Source: a virus. From it: a DNA stretch of 64,000 nt. The notes below the pieces were generated by a model that was not told the origin of the DNA, did no database searches, and saw only the letters and a program-made list of their open reading frames with translations. Both the position numbers and the translations under genes were made by a program. Below, in pieces: positions 59,298-64,000 of this stretch (within the stretch, counting starts at the first letter, position 1; each line of letters starts with the position of its first letter). The stretch is taken from the IMG/VR virus record IMGVR_UViG_3300037961_003440, positions 30,365 to 94,364 of that record; one strand, given 5' to 3'.

Positions 59298-59321
59298 ATG
59301 TTCTTTGACGATGACGAGTGA
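59298..59321 (+). CDS. Candidate micropeptide MFFDDDE
   Basis: GGAGGGT ends 7 nt before the ATG. Confidence 0.35.
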   Translation: MFFDDDE

Positions 59322-59621
59322 TTAAGTTAAGAACATTATTATCTGTTACCATATGGTAAGCACTTTGTAGCGCACCTTACAAAAATAAAATTAATAAAAA
59401 AATAAATTAAAAAAAAAGGTGGGAAGAAAATATATTACTATTTTTTTATAAGATTTGATTAAGAAAAAAATCTACACAAATCTTATGAAGCCTGACAAAC
59501 GAACAACTGAACACAAGTTTAAGTTTAAAACTTCCCATGATGGATTTTTACTAAGAATCCTAACTTAGACATACAAGATTATGACCTCTAATTATTTACT
59601 TGAAGAAATTAATCTTCTTCC

Positions 59622-60248
59622 TCAAGCAGAATCATCTGTGGATTCCTCCGTAGAAACTTCTTCTGCTATTGGTGGTTTAATGTTTAGACCTTCTTCAAGA
59701 TTTAATTTACCATCCCAACGACCTGTTGTAAAGTATTTGGTAAATCTTTGTTTTACAGCAAAACCTCTTGCTTTAGCCATTTCTAAACCATCAGGATATG
59801 GTGAACCACCCATTTCCTTATTTCTATCTGAAATAACATTTGTTTGTTGAATAACAAGATTGTTGTTCCAAAAATCAACGGTTGCATCAATTGTCATTTG
59901 TTCTAATGTAGACAAACTTGCTTGAACAAATGCAGGCAAATTAGATTCTGCACCCTTTTGTATAGGCCAATTTGTTGCTAATGCACCATCTGATTTTTCA
60001 ACAGTTAAATCTCTTCCTTCAATTAGAATTTGATTCCATAGATTCTTCCGCTTTGCAGAATTTCTATTACCTCTTCTAATATTCATTCGTATCAATTCAA
60101 CAGCATCAATTATATCATCATTAGAATTCAAGTAATCTTGATTACCTTCATGGTCTAAAAATTCTTCAACCTTTGTTATTCTGCTATTCCATTTTTCATC
60201 TGTCATTGACAAATCTTTTTCTTTCTTTTCTGTTTCTTTCTTAGGCAT
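59622..60248 (-). CDS. Hypothetical protein, distant paralogue of 56298..56777
   Basis: See paralogue; same upstream element. Confidence 0.65.
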   Translation of the reverse strand: MPKKETEKKEKDLSMTDEKWNSRITKVEEFLDHEGNQDYLNSNDDIIDAVELIRMNIRRGNRNSAKRKNLWNQILIEGRDLTVEKSDGALATNWPIQKGAESNLPAFVQASLSTLEQMTIDATVDFWNNNLVIQQTNVISDRNKEMGGSPYPDGLEMAKARGFAVKQRFTKYFTTGRWDGKLNLEEGLNIKPPIAEEVSTEESTDDSA

Positions 60249-60321
60249 ATTTTTTCACTTCCTTATTTTTCTTTTCTTACTTCCCGTTTTTGGGAAGTGC
60301 TATATCAATCCCACAATAAAT

Positions 60322-60356
60322 CATAAGGTATTGCTGCAAAGCGCAAACCATATGGT
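60322..60356 (-). promoter_or_regulatory. ACCATATGGT-CTTTG-ACCTTATG element upstream of 59622..60248
   Basis: cataaggtattgctgcaaagcgcaaaccatatggt, collinear with 56811-56843. Confidence 0.6.
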
Positions 60357-60662
60357 TCTATTCTTAGGTTCATTCGTCATCATCTCTTATGGCGGAGGGT
60401 TCTTTTTATTCTCTATTCATTCTTCAATCCATATGGTTCTACTTTGGAGGTTCTTGATTTTTTATTTAATTAAATCAAATCTTTTTTTCTGTGATTGCGA
60501 AAACTGCATATTCTTGTCGAAACACCTTTCAAACAGACTATGACAGTAAAATATACATCATTCTGTATAGTAAAAAAGCAGATACAGCAAAACCGATACA
60601 TTTTACCAAATACATACTGTTATAACCCTCTACATACCCTGATATAACATGAGGATTACCTA

Positions 60663-61025
60663 ATGGTGTTCAATTTTTACATTAATCAGGGTTCTGAACC
60701 TAAACACTCAGAAGAATTAGAAGAAATATTAAAGAAAATGGAAAATCATTTCGCAGATTGGGAAGATTTCTATACCTTTTATTCTAAGAGAGCAGGAATA
60801 CCAGAAAAAATGAAAGAACAAATAAGACAATTATACATTGATTTGCGAGAAGATTTTATTAGTATAATTAAACAATACAACAAGAATATACGCCATTTTG
60901 CAGATATACATTCATCAAATAATCCAGATACAGACTTTGAGAATGAAGTTATTAATCAAATGAAAGAGATGGCAAATAACTTTAATAAAAAAGATACAGA
61001 TAATTCTTTTAATATGTATAATTAA
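60663..61025 (+). CDS. Hypothetical protein
   Basis: 120-aa ORF with upstream GAGG. Confidence 0.55.
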   Translation: MVFNFYINQGSEPKHSEELEEILKKMENHFADWEDFYTFYSKRAGIPEKMKEQIRQLYIDLREDFISIIKQYNKNIRHFADIHSSNNPDTDFENEVINQMKEMANNFNKKDTDNSFNMYN

Positions 61026-61189
61026 ATCTTATTTCTTATTTCGGGAATAGAATTTAATTAAAAAAAAAATTTTCGCTAACGCCAAAAAAATTTGCGGCCA
61101 TTTTTCTGAAAAAGGCTATGGTATATTTTTTACCCTTTTTTATTTTTGCAGCATTATAGTTAAATAGTATTTAATTTTTACATTTTAAT

Positions 61190-61297
61190 ATGACAAGGTG
61201 TAATTACTTAGATGAATGGTTTAACGCTAAGTCAAAAGAAGTTGACAAGAAAGAAAATAAAACCAAAAAATGTTTTGTTACCGGTGGTAAAAAATGA
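61190..61297 (+). CDS. 35-aa leaderless microprotein
   Basis: Not in the track; MTRCNYLDEWFNAKSKEVDKKENKTKKCFVTGGKK; TTAAATA about 25 nt upstream; ATGA overlap with the next gene. Confidence 0.5.
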   Translation: MTRCNYLDEWFNAKSKEVDKKENKTKKCFVTGGKK

Positions 61298-62364
61298 ATT
61301 GGGAAGATATACTTAAAATAAAAGATACTGCGGGTAACAATCTAATTGTTAGAGATGTAGATAACTTTATTGAAAGATTAAGAGCCGCAGTTAGAGTTGC
61401 AGCAAGTCAATATTTTGGAGAAATATCACAAGCAAAAAGAGAAGGAGAACCAAGAGTTTCTAATATTAATATAAGACAAAATTATATTTCCGATGAAATA
61501 CTAAGAATAAGAATTTCATATAGACATAGAGAATCTAAAGAAAGAGAATTCTTTGAAATTATTTTAAGAGAAGATGAAACAGGTGATTACTATTTCCTTA
61601 GAATAAGTGGGCCGGGAGTTAATTTAACAGATAATAGTATTGTAAGTAGTGAAACAAAATTAATTACTATTATTGTAGAGGCTGTTGAAAGAAATATACA
61701 ATTTAATATTCCTGAAAGTAAAGACCTTAGAGATACTTCAGGTGAAGATAGACAAACTTCTGAACAAACTATTAGAGATGTTGAAGAAGCAAATCCGGGT
61801 TATTTGTATATTAATCAAAAAATGTATAAAATTACAGATTTAGAGGAACAAGCAGATAAAGAGGGTATTACCTATGAACAATTGTTAAGAAGATTAGGTA
61901 GAATTACTAAAGCATTTGGTCAACAACAAACTCCTAAACCATCATTAGGTTCTAAAGCCAAAAGAAAGAAAAAACCATTACCCACAGCACCAGATAAATA
62001 TATAATATATATGACAGAAAAATATAATTCACGAATGTATAGAGGTATTTGGATTCCTATGTGGCGAGATAATCCTCAAAAATTTGATTCAAGACAAGAG
62101 GCTTTAGATTGGCTTACAAGAATGATGATAGAAAGAGGTAATCCGAGAGGATGGACTGTTGAAGGTAATACATATAGTGGTCATGCTGTTGTTTATGATG
62201 GTATTTATGAAATGATAATGGCACCAAGTTATTATTATTATATTGCTGAAGAAAATGAAGAATTACCTGACCCTAATAATCATAATATAAGAGTAGACAA
62301 TACTACAAGAGATAGAGTTTTAGATAGATTAGAGGGTAAAAAATATGACACAGAAAGATACTAA
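61294..62364 (+). CDS. WEDILK-motif protein (putative virion-internal polyprotein)
   Basis: MNWEDILK start; internal ITKAF...KRKKKPLP. Confidence 0.6.
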   Translation: MNWEDILKIKDTAGNNLIVRDVDNFIERLRAAVRVAASQYFGEISQAKREGEPRVSNINIRQNYISDEILRIRISYRHRESKEREFFEIILREDETGDYYFLRISGPGVNLTDNSIVSSETKLITIIVEAVERNIQFNIPESKDLRDTSGEDRQTSEQTIRDVEEANPGYLYINQKMYKITDLEEQADKEGITYEQLLRRLGRITKAFGQQQTPKPSLGSKAKRKKKPLPTAPDKYIIYMTEKYNSRMYRGIWIPMWRDNPQKFDSRQEALDWLTRMMIERGNPRGWTVEGNTYSGHAVVYDGIYEMIMAPSYYYYIAEENEELPDPNNHNIRVDNTTRDRVLDRLEGKKYDTERY

Positions 62365-63913
62365 TTGGGAAGATATTTTAAAAAATCTTTCTTTTGCTAA
62401 TCAAATAACTACAACAGGTGGTAAGACTAAGAGAAAGAAAAAACCATTACCCGATTTTGAACCTGAACCTAAATGTTGGCCTAAAATAGAATTATTTTTA
62501 ACAAAGTTAAGTAACGCTTTTGGTTTATTAGACCCCGAAGCAACCAGAATTATTAATTATCCGTTTAGAGAAGCATTTGATGAAAGTCAATGGTGTAAAT
62601 CATATGATAGTTTAATTAATAATAATATGGCTATTAAAATAAATGGTTTTGATATGCGACCTAATGAAACTAAATATGTAGTTATGCGTATGTTTTTCCA
62701 TTTAGAAAATGACGATTATAATTTAATGCTTAATTGTCATGCAAGATTTGAACATGATAAAGTAGAATATCAAAGTATAAGATTTTACGGGTCGGGTGAA
62801 AAAACGCTCGGTACTGTTTTCGGTGTAGATATATTTGACTTTCAATATACCTCTAATAGAGGCACGAGAGAATTAAATGAATATAACGATTTTAGCAACT
62901 GGGCTTATCAATCAAGAGTTTTAAGATTTATAGATGCTATACAATCTATTGCTAATGAATATACTACGGGAGTAAATATAATAATGGGTACTGAACCATC
63001 ACTTGAAGAACTAAAAACAAGTTTTGTTGAAAAATTCTTTACAAGTAGAAAACCGAGAGGTAGAGATATAAATAAAAGTTTAATTGGACAACAAAAAACT
63101 ACAACGGGTGGTAAGGTAAAAAGAAAAAAGAAACCTTTGCCTGATTTTGAACCAAGTACAGAATGTTATGATTGGTTAAAAGGTTTAGAAAGTGTAATAG
63201 AATCAACAACACCTTTATCAAAACATCATTTCATACACCTCAGTCCTAAATTAGCACAAAGGGAAGATTTATGTTGTTTTATTAAAAGTCATATAGAAAA
63301 AATGTTTAATGAAAGAATGTATTATGATGAACCCTTTAGGAAATTAAATCAAGAAGAAGAAATATATTTTGGTGCAGTTACCAATATGATTGAAAATCCT
63401 GACCATCAACTATTTTTTCAACTTACGGTTGACCCAATGATGGATAAAAGATTGTTTAGATTAGAAGTAGAAATATGCTCTTTTATTTTTCCTAATATTG
63501 CTGCTTATACTCCTTTTCCCGAAGAAATTTTTGAACAAGGTAATACGATATATGGTGATGCTGAAGATTTTTCAATTTGGGTTTCAGACCCCGATTATAG
63601 TGCATATTTTGATGTTTATGATTTGGATATAAAAAATATAGAAGATTATGAAAGCCAAATAATAGATGAGTTAAAAAAATTAAATAAATTTGTAGATTAT
63701 ATAGGTAATAATGATTTTAAATCATCACTTAGGCGTTGGCTTATAACAAAAGCAGCCGAAATAAGTACTACTGATGATGAAATATTTAGTGAAAATTTTG
63801 ACACCAAATTAGCGGAGAGAGCAACTAAATTTAATTTAATGGATGACAGGGTTTTATTTTCAAGTAATGCCTTTTCGTTTTTAGTTAAAGTAATTCAGCA
63901 AAACCTCCCTTAA
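62345..63913 (+). CDS. WEDILK-motif protein with duplicated TTTGGK.KRKKKPLPDFEP repeat
   Basis: Repeats at 62402-62464 and 63092-63154. Confidence 0.6.
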   Translation: MTQKDTNWEDILKNLSFANQITTTGGKTKRKKKPLPDFEPEPKCWPKIELFLTKLSNAFGLLDPEATRIINYPFREAFDESQWCKSYDSLINNNMAIKINGFDMRPNETKYVVMRMFFHLENDDYNLMLNCHARFEHDKVEYQSIRFYGSGEKTLGTVFGVDIFDFQYTSNRGTRELNEYNDFSNWAYQSRVLRFIDAIQSIANEYTTGVNIIMGTEPSLEELKTSFVEKFFTSRKPRGRDINKSLIGQQKTTTGGKVKRKKKPLPDFEPSTECYDWLKGLESVIESTTPLSKHHFIHLSPKLAQREDLCCFIKSHIEKMFNERMYYDEPFRKLNQEEEIYFGAVTNMIENPDHQLFFQLTVDPMMDKRLFRLEVEICSFIFPNIAAYTPFPEEIFEQGNTIYGDAEDFSIWVSDPDYSAYFDVYDLDIKNIEDYESQIIDELKKLNKFVDYIGNNDFKSSLRRWLITKAAEISTTDDEIFSENFDTKLAERATKFNLMDDRVLFSSNAFSFLVKVIQQNLP

Positions 63914-63961
63914 TCAAAATTTATATATAGTTAATTAAAAAATAAATTATTGAGAGGATTA

Positions 63962-64000
63962 TATGTGGGCTACTATACTTAAGGGTAAAGCCACATCTAA
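63962..64000 (+). CDS. Start of another WxxILK protein (truncated by window end)
   Basis: MWATILKGKATS with GAGAGG RBS. Confidence 0.5.

Larger units (their letters stand above)
59152..59357 (+). repeat. Two tandem structured units (95 and 101 bp) delimited by ACCATATGGT, each with a micro-ORF
   Basis: Conserved junctions ACC-ATAT-GGT and ACC-GCAGGAG-GGT with different but self-complementary intervening sequences. Confidence 0.7.

Noticed and set aside
59152-59357. Mini-CRISPR array
   Set aside because: Conserved parts are only 10-13 nt and alternate between two motifs; the intervening sequences are self-complementary. The Cas4-like gene is a stand-alone viral nuclease with no cas operon.
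60370-60420. Third acidic micro-ORF on the minus strand (...RDDDE*)
   Set aside because: An in-frame TAA separates it from the ATG; at most a degenerate relic
1-64000. tRNA genes, integrase, reverse transcriptase/DGR, tail sheath
   Set aside because: No cloverleaf, recombinase or RT motif, template/variable repeat pair or sheath-like ORF was recognised by eye; tRNAscan and HMM searches would be needed to exclude them

Overview
AT-rich 64-kb segment of a tailed archaeal dsDNA virus, most consistent with a Magrovirus-like virus of Marine Group II Euryarchaeota. The assignment is inferred from the archaeal-type replisome, the TFB homologue, GGTGA/GAGG ribosome-binding sites and head-tail gene order. 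Layout: (1) 1-25264 (+), morphogenesis: capsid C-terminus, head-tail joining proteins, tail tube, tail chaperones with a -1 frameshift signal, tape measure, LamG protein, 2593-aa hub/adhesin, fibres. (2) 25345-55581 (-), replication and host takeover: DEDD exonuclease, AAA+ helicase candidate, XPF, PriS-PriL fusion primase, Cas4-like nuclease, HNH, PolB, IMPDH/GMPR, PCNA, Sak4/RadA-like ATPase, RPA, RFC-S/L, ligase, class II RNR. (3) 55.6-60.6 kb, a strand-switch control region with an origin-like repeat zone, a repeated ACCATATGGT element and a structured micro-ORF array. (4) 61.2-64 kb (+), proteins sharing WxxILK and KRKKKP motifs. Top candidates for undescribed biology: a dispersed virus-encoded ubiquitin-like conjugation system (Ubl precursor with GG plus tail, E1/ThiF, JAB protease, E2-like Cys motif) clustered with an H2A-like histone fold and TFB; and a tandem array of covarying RNA hairpins each enclosing a Shine-Dalgarno-led 6-7 aa acidic micro-ORF. 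All calls come from reading motifs by eye; no database searches were run.
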